A stretch of 64,000 nt of DNA from an uncultured Verrucomicrobiae bacterium (GTDB taxonomy: Bacteria > Verrucomicrobiota > Verrucomicrobiia > Chthoniobacterales > JAATET01): positions 32,001 to 96,000 of the forward strand of contig CAVRCI010000014.1 of assembly GCA_963719495.1 (NCBI GenBank), in the 5' to 3' direction. Below, piece by piece: positions 1-8,751 of this stretch (position 1 is the stretch's first letter; each line of letters starts with the position of its first letter). Both the position numbers and the translations under genes were made by a program. The notes beneath the pieces were generated by a model. It was not told where the DNA came from, did not search any database, and saw only the letters and a list, made by a program, of their open reading frames with translations.

Positions 1-157
1 CCGAGACTCGTCCTTTGAGCAACGGCGGCTCGTAGGTCGCTTCGATCACGTGACCGCCTTCGTGGATGGCTCGCGCCTGCTTCCAAATCTGCCAACCGCC
101 CATGCCCGTGAGGGATTTTTCGGTCAGGACGATGGTCGGATCGGTCGCGGGCGGCAT
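1..157 (-). CDS. 5' end of a gene running off the window, probably an SNF2-family helicase
   Basis: Manual translation from ATG 157: MPPATDPTIVLTEKSLTGMGGWQIWKQARAIHEGGHVIEATYEPPLLKGRVS. It resembles verrucomicrobial SNF2/SWIM helicase N-termini as I recall them. Not in the ORF track because the frame is open to the window edge. Confidence 0.5.
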   Translation of the reverse strand, partial: MPPATDPTIVLTEKSLTGMGGWQIWKQARAIHEGGHVIEATYEPPLLKGRVS

Positions 158-337
158 CCGGCGCATTATGCCCGCGCGACTCCATTGCGCAACGGGGTAG
201 ACTCGGCAAAGGTCCCGTTTCCTTGGCGCCTGCGCGCTCGCCGTGATGTGTGTCGGCTGTGCGACCAAGCCCACCGGATCGTCCGTGGTGTTGACGGGAG
301 CGGTGACGTCACCCGCTGAATTTTCGCTCCCGCCCAC

Positions 338-404
338 GACCCCTTTCCGACCCCTTTCCGCGGGAAGTAGGAATTCGTTTTTGCACACTGACCCCCATTT
401 CCCC
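338..404 (-). repeat. GGGGTC-type repeat ends: GGGGAAATGGGGGTCAGTGTGCAAAAA (404-378) and two GGAAAGGGGTC copies (359-338)
   Basis: Near-identical to GGGGAAATCGGGGTCGGTGTGCAAAAA at 1721-1747 on the opposite strand. Confidence 0.8.
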
Positions 405-1201
405 AGCCCACTCAGCACTCCCATTAGCGAAATCGCACCGCCGACTCGCACCGCTTCAAGCGTCCGGTTGAACGTTTCCGGCCCCGAGACATCGACCGCA
501 AGATCCACCCCGCGACCTTCGGTCCACGCGGTCACGGCCTGCGGCCAATCCGAATGGCTCCGCGTATCCCAAACGGCTTCCGCTCCCAACTCCCTCAGGC
601 GCGGAATTTTTTCTGCGCTGCTCGTCGTCGCAACCACCCGCGCGCCAGCCATCCGCGCGAACTGGAGGCCAAACAGGGAGACTCCGCCCGAACCGATGAC
701 CAGCACCGTGTCGCCCGGCAGGATCCGATTGCCTTCAAAAAGAGCAAACCATGCGGTTACTGCGGCGCAGGGCAGAGTCGCGGCTTCTTCATCGCTGAGG
801 TGCTCGGGCACACGCACCAGCCCCTCGGCCGGAACCATGACATATTCAGCAAGCATCCCATCGACCCGACCGCCCCAAAGAGCGCTGGCTGATTTTTCCG
901 TCGATAGCTCCCCATTGATCCAGCCGGGCATGAAGGCCGACGCGACGCGCTCGCCCACCTTGACACGGTCCACTCCAGGCCCGACGGCATCCACGAGGCC
1001 AACGCCATCGGATAAGGGAACGATCGGCGAGTAGTCCGATGGAGAAGAGTAAGTCCGACGCATGACCAGCAGGTCACGGTAGTTTAGTGAAGCCGCCAGC
1101 ATCCGCAGCCGGACCTGGCCGTGGGCCGGATCGGGAGGAGTTGCCTCACGAAGGATGAGGCCGGGTGTTTGATCGAAGGGAGTGAGTTGCCAAAATCGCA
1201 T
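405..1201 (-). pseudogene. 3'-truncated MDR-family (zinc-type alcohol dehydrogenase-like) oxidoreductase
   Basis: Manual translation from ATG 1201 shows SLNYRD, VPLSDGVG, AATLPCAAVTAW and GSGGVS motifs. Homology ends after ~266 codons (GVLSGLG), exactly at the repeat; the typical C-terminus is missing. Confidence 0.85.
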
Positions 1202-1276
1202 AGGGTATTTAGGTTGCCCCGAATTCTAGCACCGTCCCGCCACTGCTGTGGTGGTTCCATTTTTGTCACTGCATTG

Positions 1277-1682
1277 ATGACCAATAAAGAACATCTCCGA
1301 TTGCCCGTCACCGCCAACCACCGCTACCGGAGCGGGCGGTTGCCCCATCGAGGTGATCTTCGATGTGCTCGGAGGTCGCTGGAAGCCGATCCTACTCTTC
1401 GCCTTCTGGGAGGGCGCACAACGTTTCTCCGAACTGCGCCGTCAGATCCCACAGATCGGTTCTCGCATTCTTGCCCGCCAATTGAGGGAAATGGAACGCG
1501 ACGGCCTGATCAAGCGTTGCGAGGACCCCGATCGCCCGCGGACCTGCATCTACGCACTCACTCCGATGGCGGCTCCCCTGGGAGAAGTCCTTGTCCCATT
1601 GCGCGACTGGGGTGCACGCTATATTCGTCACCGCCTCCAAACTGCCGAGCTGCCCGCAGAACCGCGGAGGGTCAGCCGATGA
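1277..1682 (+). pseudogene. HxlR-family winged-helix regulator with disturbed ends
   Basis: GCPIEVIFDVLGGRWKP...RFSELRRQIPQI...LARQLREMERDGLI...YALT. ATG 1277 is out of frame with the core (GTG 1353 frame), and the last codons RRVSR* come from the repeat at 1664. Divergent from the oxidoreductase. Confidence 0.75.
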
Positions 1683-2100
1683 TTTCTGACACACTACTTA
1701 ATCGGCGGGAAATCGGGGTCGGGGAAATCGGGGTCGGTGTGCAAAAAGCAATTATCTCACCTCCGGGTCGGGGAAATCGGGGTCGCTGTGCAAAAAGCAA
1801 TTATCTCACCTCCGCACCGCTCCGTTCGAGCCATGCTGCGAACTCATTGCGGAAGGGGTCAGCCGACGGAAGGGGTCAGCGGAAGGGGTCAGCCGAGAAT
1901 GGCACTAACTTAAGCGCTGCTTTCAAAGTAAATTACCCTTCAATGCCATCCCAAAGCGTCCTTAAGTTAGTGCCATTCGGGTCAGCCGATGAATTCTGCG
2001 TCGAAGGGGTTATCGAAGGGGTCAGTCCGTCGAAGGGGTCTCGAAGGGGTCAGTCCGTGCATTCGAAGGGGTCAGTCCGTGCATTGGTTCGGAAACTGTC
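1664..2100 (+). repeat. Cluster of nested, stuttered GGGGTC-type repeat ends (three sequence subtypes)
   Basis: GGAAATCGGGGTCG(G/C)TGTGCAAAAAGCAATTATCTCACCTCC x2; GGAAGGGGTCAGCCGA partial copies at 1850-1896; TCGAAGGGGTCAGTCCG(TGCAT) partial copies at 2001-2090. Confidence 0.9.
1897..1978. mobile_element. 82-bp IS4-family-like MITE
   Basis: Perfect 18-bp terminal inverted repeats GAATGGCACTAACTTAAG / CTTAAGTTAGTGCCATTC. Flanked by an 11-bp direct repeat GGGTCAGCCGA (1886-1896 and 1979-1989). Confidence 0.85.
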
Positions 2101-2185
2101 CTGAGGCGAGCCGCGGGATGAGCATCGGAATGCACGGCGCGTCGGGTGACAGAGCTGCGAAGTGCCGCAACGATCCTTGCTTCTA

Positions 2186-2458
2186 ATGTCAAACCCCACC
2201 GCACCCGCCCGTTTTTTCAGCGACGACAGCTATTGGAATCAGCCCATTCCGGACGATGCGCCGATCGCGCCGGAGACGGCTCGCTGGGTTCGTTTTCTGG
2301 AGCAGTCCAGCCGCGAGCCCGGATTTTATCTGAGCCTGCGGCGCTGGACGCTGCCGATCTACGAGACAAAGCCCGACACGAAGTGGGTGGAGATCGGACG
2401 GCGCTTTCACGAGCCATTCGCCGAGGCTCAGCGGAAGGGGTCAGCCGATGAATTCTGA
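2186..2458 (+). pseudogene. Truncated diverged copy (first 82 codons) of the 4510-5634 gene
   Basis: 76/82 aa identical to the N-terminus of 4510-5634. Cut at FHEPFAEAQ by the repeat at ~2431. Confidence 0.9.
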
Positions 2459-2650
2459 TAGCAGCGCGGAAGGGCGGAAGGGGTCAGCCGATGAATTCTG
2501 ATAGCAGGGTGAGAAAGCGAGTTCTGCGGAAGGCAATAACCAATAGATTGTGTGGTCCCAAATCAATGGATAGCTTCTGCCCAAAACAAAAGCGAATTGG
2601 TGAGAAATCATCGGCTGACCCCTTCCAGACCCCTTCCACTGACCCCTTCC
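2431..2650. mobile_element. Non-autonomous inverted-repeat element (subtype B, core 2476-2626) with stuttered outer ends
   Basis: ~24-bp inverted repeats GGAAGGGGTCAGCCGATGA(A/T)TTCT around a ~100-bp lower-GC spacer. Extra partial ends at 2431-2475 and 2628-2650. Confidence 0.85.
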
Positions 2651-2743
2651 CCGGCGGAGCGGGTCCAAAGCGCGGCGTCGAAGTGATGGAGGAGAGTATC
2701 CGGCATGAGAGAGCTGCTTGTGCCGGTGACGAGACTAATTCCA

Positions 2744-4230
2744 TGTCGGGGCCTGTTCAAAAGTGAACGGAGACTGTTCAAAAGCGGAATGAGAGACTGT
2801 TCAAAAGTGGATTGGGGGTTTTGGGGCGTTGTATTGGGAGACGCGGGAAGCGCCTCGGAGGAGGCCGGAGCGTAGCGGAGGCTGACGGAGAGGCGCTTCC
2901 CGCGTGCGCGCCTGCTCCCCGGCCCCAGTGCCCCAAGGATACCAGCCGTTGGGGTGAAGCGTTTGTGGAACGCGCTGGCTTGCGCGCTCGCCTGGTCGAT
3001 TATCCCGGATTGAAAAGAAGCAGATTACCCACCGTCTCCCGCCAGATTTTGTCCGTCGCACACTTGCAGATTTCAATGCAGGACTTCTCGATGCCAGCAA
3101 TGCCGCAAGCCAGTTAGGCATCGGCAAAACCAGGCTCTATGAACTCCGCACGGCCTACCTCGCAAATCGTAATTCCTACGCCCCGGCTGCCAGCGGGGGC
3201 GCTCGTCGCGCCGACTGGCCGCCCGAAGTTGAACGCTTTCTCCAAGAGTTTCTGCCGCTTCAGAACCCACCCAATTACCAGTTAGTCGCCGACGAACTTG
3301 AGCGACTCTGCGGATTCGTTCGGGCGCGCTCGGTCGTCGAGACCCACGTCAAAGCGCGCTACGCCCATCTGGTGCCCTCGCCGACCCGCAAGCCTCGCGT
3401 TTATCGGCGCTTCCGTCGCGCTCGCATCGGCGAACTTTGGCAGCACGACAGTTCGATCCACCAATGGTGGCCCGCCGCCGCTAAACAGACTTTACTGCTC
3501 ACCGTCGACGACCATTCGGGCCTGAATCTAGCAGGTCGCTTCGTGGAATCCGATACCACTTGGAACCATTTCGGACATTTCCGCGAATCCTTCGAGACCT
3601 GGGGCCTGCCGCAGATCGTTTACACTGATGGCCTCAGCCTCTTCGGGCCAAGTTCCAGCGGCGATCACTGCGATCCTAAGAGTGAATTCCAACGCGCCCT
3701 CCGCGGACTCGGCGTCGCTCACTTAGTGGCACCGACCCCACAAGCTAAGGGTAAGATCGAGCGCCGTTTCGGGACTTTCCAGAGACGGCTCGTCACACTA
3801 CTCGCCCATGCCAGCGCCAAAACTTGGCCCCAGGCCGACGAAATTCTTCAGATGGAGATTGCCAGGCAGAACCGTACCGTCAATCGCTCCACCGGCAAGG
3901 TCCCGCTCCATCTGTGGGAAGCGCAGTCGCTTGGCGACAGCGGGCGCATGCGCCCCATCCCGCCTTCCGCGCTCCTAGACTTACACCTCTCAATCCGCTG
4001 CTCCCGCCGGGTGAACAATGACCACACCATCGACTTCGATGGCTCCAACTACGAGATCTCCAACACCCAGCGCAAGAGCGTCACCATCGTCCACCATCCC
4101 GGAAGCCGTTTCTGGGTCGTCGAACACCCTCCCAAAACCGTCTGGCCCCCCATTCTAGGCCACTTCAGCCTCTAAAATCGCTGTTCGCTTTTGAACAGGC
4201 GAGAATTCCGCTTTTGAACAGTCGCCGACA
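2744..4230 (+). mobile_element. IS1202-type (ISNCY, IS481-related) insertion sequence
   Basis: TGT...ACA ends; 18/20 inverted repeat; reiterated CTGTTCAAAAG boxes (3 left, 2 right); exact 16-bp target duplication GACGAGACTAATTCCA at 2728-2743 and 4231-4246. Confidence 0.9.
3009..4175 (+). CDS. DDE transposase (integrase core with N-terminal HTH)
   Basis: WQHDSS, YTDG and PQAKGKIER motifs. The frame is open from 2958 with no ATG/GTG/TTG before 3372, so a start at ATT 3009 is inferred. Confidence 0.8.
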   Translation: MEKKQITHRLPPDFVRRTLADFNAGLLDASNAASQLGIGKTRLYELRTAYLANRNSYAPAASGGARRADWPPEVERFLQEFLPLQNPPNYQLVADELERLCGFVRARSVVETHVKARYAHLVPSPTRKPRVYRRFRRARIGELWQHDSSIHQWWPAAAKQTLLLTVDDHSGLNLAGRFVESDTTWNHFGHFRESFETWGLPQIVYTDGLSLFGPSSSGDHCDPKSEFQRALRGLGVAHLVAPTPQAKGKIERRFGTFQRRLVTLLAHASAKTWPQADEILQMEIARQNRTVNRSTGKVPLHLWEAQSLGDSGRMRPIPPSALLDLHLSIRCSRRVNNDHTIDFDGSNYEISNTQRKSVTIVHHPGSRFWVVEHPPKTVWPPILGHFSL

Positions 4231-4369
4231 GACGAGACTAATTCCATTGCGGCTTCGTGTAAATGGTGCGCCTCCCGACGGGCACCGCGCGTCGAATCGG
4301 CTGAGGACAGCCGATGGTTCAACGCCGCCAAACTGGCCGAAACGAATGCCCGGCGCCCGCCACGAGGTC

Positions 4370-4410
4370 ATCGAAGGGGTCAGTCCGTCGAAGGGGTCAG
4401 TCCGTGCATT
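4370..4410 (+). repeat. Stuttered TCGAAGGGGTCAGTCCG repeat end (subtype C)
   Basis: One partial and one longer copy, same sequence as 2013-2090. Confidence 0.85.
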
Positions 4411-4509
4411 GGTTCAGAAACTGTCCTCAGGCGAGCTGGGGGCGAGCATCGGAATGCACGTCGCGTCGGGTGACAGAGCTCCAGAGTGTCGGAAAGCTTC
4501 CCGCCCTCG

Positions 4510-5634
4510 ATGTCAAATTCCACCCCACCCGCTCGGTTTTTCAGCGACGACAGTTATTGGAATCAGCCCATCCCGGACGACTCGCCCATCGCGCCGGAGA
4601 CGGATCGCTGGGTTCGGTTTTTGGAGCAGTCCAGTCGCGAGCCCGGATTTTATTTGAGTCTGCGCCGTTGGACGCTGCCGATCTACGAGACGAAGCCCGA
4701 CACGAAGTGGGTCACGATTAAGCGGCGCTTTCACGAGCCGTTCGCCGAGGCGCAGTATTTGTATCGCCATTCCAAGTATCTGCTGGAGGCTCGCCCGGAT
4801 CACCCGGTTGGGTTTGGCGAGGGCTTCGGTCCGACCATTCCGATGCCGGAGGACGCGGTGCCGGACGCGATGACCGATGGCCACCTCAGTATCATCGACC
4901 GCGAGCGGAACAAGGTGTGGGATCTGTGGGGTGCACGGCGCAACGACGACGGCACGTGGTCGACGTGGTCGGGGATCACCTACCCGCTGGACGGGCCGGG
5001 GACGTTTGATCCGAAGCGGTTTGCGATTTCGAACGGCGAGACCATTCACCTCTACGGTCCCTGCCGGGCATCGGGGACGCCGAGCATCGCGGGCATCACC
5101 CGCTACGACGAAGTCCTGAGCGGGCGGATCGAGCACAAGCTGTCCTTTGCCACGCGCTTCGCGGGCCTGCTGGCGCACTGCTTCCCCGCGACCTGGACGG
5201 ACGGTGGCATCCTGGGCGGCATCCCGGAGGGGATCACGATGCAACTCGATCCGACGCTGGATCTTTCGACGCTGGGGCTGAACGACGGCGCGCGGGTGAT
5301 CGCGACGGCGATGCAGGAATATGGCGCGGTGCTCATCGACGTCTGTCTTGGCTCCACCATCGGCGCCGAGAACCTCAACGGACACGCGAGCAAATCTTGG
5401 GACGGCATTCTGGACGAACGCGATCTCAACGCGATTCCGTTCGAGCATTTCCGCTTCATTCAGCCCGCGACCATCGTCGAAAAGGGCCTGATTCCGGCGG
5501 TGCATCCGACGACATTCCAGACCTACCACGAACTCATGCAACTCCACGACGAGGTCGAAACGGAGCAGGGGACGTTCGTCGGGTGGCCGAAGGATTGGTA
5601 TCAGCGTCACGCGGCGAAATACGAGCCCGCGTAG
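4510..5634 (+). CDS. Conserved hypothetical protein
   Basis: 374-aa ORF with strong GC3 bias. DGHLSIID..WDLW..RASG..AG..EV..G.IEH motifs; function not recognised. Confidence 0.75.
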   Translation: MSNSTPPARFFSDDSYWNQPIPDDSPIAPETDRWVRFLEQSSREPGFYLSLRRWTLPIYETKPDTKWVTIKRRFHEPFAEAQYLYRHSKYLLEARPDHPVGFGEGFGPTIPMPEDAVPDAMTDGHLSIIDRERNKVWDLWGARRNDDGTWSTWSGITYPLDGPGTFDPKRFAISNGETIHLYGPCRASGTPSIAGITRYDEVLSGRIEHKLSFATRFAGLLAHCFPATWTDGGILGGIPEGITMQLDPTLDLSTLGLNDGARVIATAMQEYGAVLIDVCLGSTIGAENLNGHASKSWDGILDERDLNAIPFEHFRFIQPATIVEKGLIPAVHPTTFQTYHELMQLHDEVETEQGTFVGWPKDWYQRHAAKYEPA

Positions 5635-5836
5635 AATATGAACGAGACTTTGCGGCGGAATTTCTTGGGAGGACAGGGATGCTTTGTTTTTGTTTGGTTC
5701 AAGAGAAACGCGGTTACGCAGGATCCATTTCGATTGTGATCAATAATTTTGATCATGTGCTTGTCTCGACGTATCCCGACGCCTGAGCGCCCGTGCACAA
5801 GCGCCCGGCGCTGGGAGAGATCACATTGGCGGTGAC

Positions 5837-7294
5837 TCAAGGGATGAGTTGAAGTAGGCGAATGACATCCACGATGGCATCTGGATGGTTGATGACGTTG
5901 TGGCCGCTGGGCACGACGGTTTCGCTCGTTGCGCCGTGGAGGTTGCTGCTCGCGTAGGGGACAACGCCGTCAGAACTTTTCGCCAGCGGCGCATCGCCCT
6001 TCCACCCGATGATGCTGTGAAACGGCACCGGAATCGGGAGTTCCGCGAGAGCGCTCAGCGCGGGGCTGTTGGCTGAAAGCGTGCGCACGGCTGAGAAGCG
6101 CCCATCGGCGTAGAAGGCACGGGCGGCAGGGGTGATGGCTCCTTCGTTGGCTCGAGCAAGTTCGGCGAAGCCGGACTCGGCGATGGGGGCAAGGCGGGTT
6201 AGCGTTGTTCCGAAGCGACCGAGGAGGTTGTCGGCGATGGGACTTCCTCGGTGGGGGGCGGCCATGAAGATAACGCGTTCGACCCGCGGGTTGCGGTCGA
6301 AGGTGAGCAGGTGGCGGAGGGTTTTGATTGTCTCGGGGTCTCCCTTTAGTTTTTCGGGCGGGGCGGAGAAGACGCTTGACCAGAGGGCTTCGCCGCTGTC
6401 GCTGACGAGGGTGTGGGAGATCACTCCGCCCATGCTGTGGCCGAGGACGACAAGGCGCTGGGTAGCGGGATCGCGGTCGGCGGGATCGAGGGTGGCGAGT
6501 GTCGTTGCGAGGCTGTCGCGAAGGGCGGCGGCGTTGGCGAGAAGGGGATTTCCGCTGGGGTAGTAAAATTGCCAGAGCTGGTATCGCTCGCGGGTTACGG
6601 GGTCGGAGCGGAGGGCGTTGACCAGAGTGGCGAAGGCGACCGGGGTCGATTGCAATCCGTGGACCATGAGCAGCGGGACTTTCGCCGGGTCGTAAGGATC
6701 AAGGAGGTAGATCTGCGGTTTGCGCTCGAGGGAGAGCGGGCGGATCATACTGACGAAGCCAGTAGCCCGTAGCTTCCTGGCTTGGGCGGCGAGTTCGTTG
6801 CCGGCGGCGTTGGGCACGGTGGCGAGCGGATAGGTGCCGCCGAAGAGGTCGACCTCATTAGTGGAGGTGAGAATGCGAAGCCGGGGGCCGTCGGGAGCAG
6901 GCGAGTAGATGGCGGTGGCGTTGACGTAGAGTCCCTCGGGTGGATGGAGTGGGTGGCTGGCGGTGTCGAATTCGAGGACGAGGGGCGTGCCGATGGAGCC
7001 GGTAACGAAGCGGTCGGAGATCGCGATGACGCGGATGGCGACGAGGGGAAGGTCGGTGTCTGGGAGGGTGAGCCGGACGCCAAGTGAGGTCAGTCGCTCG
7101 GACCACGTCGCCGGGTCGGGAGAATCGACGGCTTCGCAGAGTGCGCGGGCGGCGGCGTTGTAGCGGGGGATGTCGGTGGGCAGGGCGAGGGTGGCGTTGT
7201 CGGCCTCGGCGAGGCGACTTTCGATTGGGATGCTGGCACAGCCAACGAGGCTGAGGGCGATGAGAATGGGAATTGCAGTGGTGGCAATTTTCAA
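5837..7294 (-). CDS. Alpha/beta-hydrolase (lipase/esterase) lipoprotein
   Basis: VHGL oxyanion motif, GHSMGG nucleophile elbow, SDGVVP and SGH; LVGC lipobox. TTG start overlaps the upstream stop. Confidence 0.85.
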   Translation of the reverse strand: MKIATTAIPILIALSLVGCASIPIESRLAEADNATLALPTDIPRYNAAARALCEAVDSPDPATWSERLTSLGVRLTLPDTDLPLVAIRVIAISDRFVTGSIGTPLVLEFDTASHPLHPPEGLYVNATAIYSPAPDGPRLRILTSTNEVDLFGGTYPLATVPNAAGNELAAQARKLRATGFVSMIRPLSLERKPQIYLLDPYDPAKVPLLMVHGLQSTPVAFATLVNALRSDPVTRERYQLWQFYYPSGNPLLANAAALRDSLATTLATLDPADRDPATQRLVVLGHSMGGVISHTLVSDSGEALWSSVFSAPPEKLKGDPETIKTLRHLLTFDRNPRVERVIFMAAPHRGSPIADNLLGRFGTTLTRLAPIAESGFAELARANEGAITPAARAFYADGRFSAVRTLSANSPALSALAELPIPVPFHSIIGWKGDAPLAKSSDGVVPYASSNLHGATSETVVPSGHNVINHPDAIVDVIRLLQLIP

Positions 7295-8751
7295 AATCGG
7301 ATGACGGCTTCGAGCCCGAGGAAGTGAGTGGTCTCGGCGGGGCCGGTGTCGGAGATGAAGGCTCCTGGGTGGAATTGTGAATAGCTGATCAGGAAGGCGA
7401 GTTCGCGGGTGGGATTCCATTCCGCGACGAACTCGCACTGGGTGCCGATGAATCGTTCGTTGCTGTTGGTGCCGGTGCCGTCGCCGGCGGAGCGGACGAG
7501 ATTCCCGCCGACGCCGTAAACGCCGTCTTCGGTGCTGGCACGCCAGTAGGGTCCACCCTGAAAGTAGAACGTGAGATCGGGTCGGGGCGTGAGGATGAGC
7601 GCGCCCTGGAGGTTGATGAGGTTGTAGGGGCCGACGGGGGTGAGTTCACCGAAGTATTTTCCCTTGGGGTAGAGCGGATTGAAGGTCTGGAGGTCCGCGT
7701 CGGAAGAGTCCTGATCTCCGCTCACGTAGTTGGCGCGGATGAAGAGTCGGGGTGCGGCGGGTAGGGTGGCGAGGGTGTAGCCGAGTTCGGTGGCGGTGCT
7801 GTTGGCGAAGATGAGACCGTGGCCTCGGTCGCTGTCGAAGGTGCCGAATTGCACCATACTTTCGAGGTTCCAATCGAGTGTGCCGAAGCCGACTTCGCGT
7901 TCGCCGAAAATGCGGGTGCCGAGCGTGTGGCGAAGTTCGCGACCGGTGCCGGAGTTGTAAGTCGCGTCGGCGTCGAAGAAGCCGAGGTAGTAAAAATCGA
8001 ACGCCGTCCCGCTGACGACCGGGGGTGGGGTGGCGGGTGTCCAGGTAGAGTAGAGGCCCCAGAGTTGCTGGCGGTCGGAGCTGAGATCGTCGAGGGGGTC
8101 GGGAACCGTCTGGATGGGCCGGAGGTAGAAGCCGTCGATGTCCCAGCCGGATGCCGTCCAATGGAGGATGCCGCCGTCGAAGCCGAGCGGGACGTTTGGG
8201 CCATAGCGGGTCCCGAGGAGGCGCTCGGTGCCGTAGGAGATCATCTGCCGTCCGGCCTGGAGTTCGATTTCGCCGGGGCCGACGGCGATCTTCACCCGGG
8301 CGAAGGCTTGGAGGATGCCGAAGTTTTCCTTGTCGATGGGGCCGGGACCGCGGGCGTCCCCTTCACTGTGGGCGATGATGGGCTGGAAAACGAGTTGGAG
8401 GGTGGAGTCCAGCGGGAGGTCGGGGAAGGTGATCGCGGCGAAAGGAAGAAATCGGGTGAGAAGGTAGCCGCCATCGTCCTGCGGGCCGGAGCCGAAGTCG
8501 GCGTTGCGGATGGCTTCGTAACGGACGCGGACTTCGCCGCCGAGGGTAAGAAAGGCGGTTCCGGAGTGGATGTTTTGAAATTTGAGAGGCTCCCACCACT
8601 GTCCTTGGCGGAAGTCGGGATTCGCGAGATAGCCGTAGTCTTCGAGTTGACGGAGGGGGCGGATCTGCGGGACGCCTTGCGGGAGCGACTGCGCGATGGC
8701 CGCGTCGAAGGTGAGGCAGGCGAGGGCGATCGCAGCGCGGCGCGGATTCAC
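7291..8751 (-). CDS. Alginate-export-family outer-membrane beta-barrel
   Basis: Signal peptide, GRQMISYG.ERL, TFNPLYPKGKYFGE, C-terminal Phe. GTG start overlaps the upstream stop. Confidence 0.85.
   Translation of the reverse strand: MNPRRAAIALACLTFDAAIAQSLPQGVPQIRPLRQLEDYGYLANPDFRQGQWWEPLKFQNIHSGTAFLTLGGEVRVRYEAIRNADFGSGPQDDGGYLLTRFLPFAAITFPDLPLDSTLQLVFQPIIAHSEGDARGPGPIDKENFGILQAFARVKIAVGPGEIELQAGRQMISYGTERLLGTRYGPNVPLGFDGGILHWTASGWDIDGFYLRPIQTVPDPLDDLSSDRQQLWGLYSTWTPATPPPVVSGTAFDFYYLGFFDADATYNSGTGRELRHTLGTRIFGEREVGFGTLDWNLESMVQFGTFDSDRGHGLIFANSTATELGYTLATLPAAPRLFIRANYVSGDQDSSDADLQTFNPLYPKGKYFGELTPVGPYNLINLQGALILTPRPDLTFYFQGGPYWRASTEDGVYGVGGNLVRSAGDGTGTNSNERFIGTQCEFVAEWNPTRELAFLISYSQFHPGAFISDTGPAETTHFLGLEAVIRF

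Noticed and set aside
1121..2104. 327-aa plus-strand ORF
   Set aside because: Out-of-frame readthrough of hxlR and the repeat cluster (KGS repeats). Only its ATG at 1277 is likely meaningful.
1664..2650. Possible CRISPR array
   Set aside because: Repeat lengths vary, copies are nested or inverted, there are no regular unique spacers, and no cas genes are present.
2651..2707. Possible 5' gene fragment MPDTLLHHFDAALWTRSAG (minus strand) cut by the repeat
   Set aside because: Too short to support as coding without a search.
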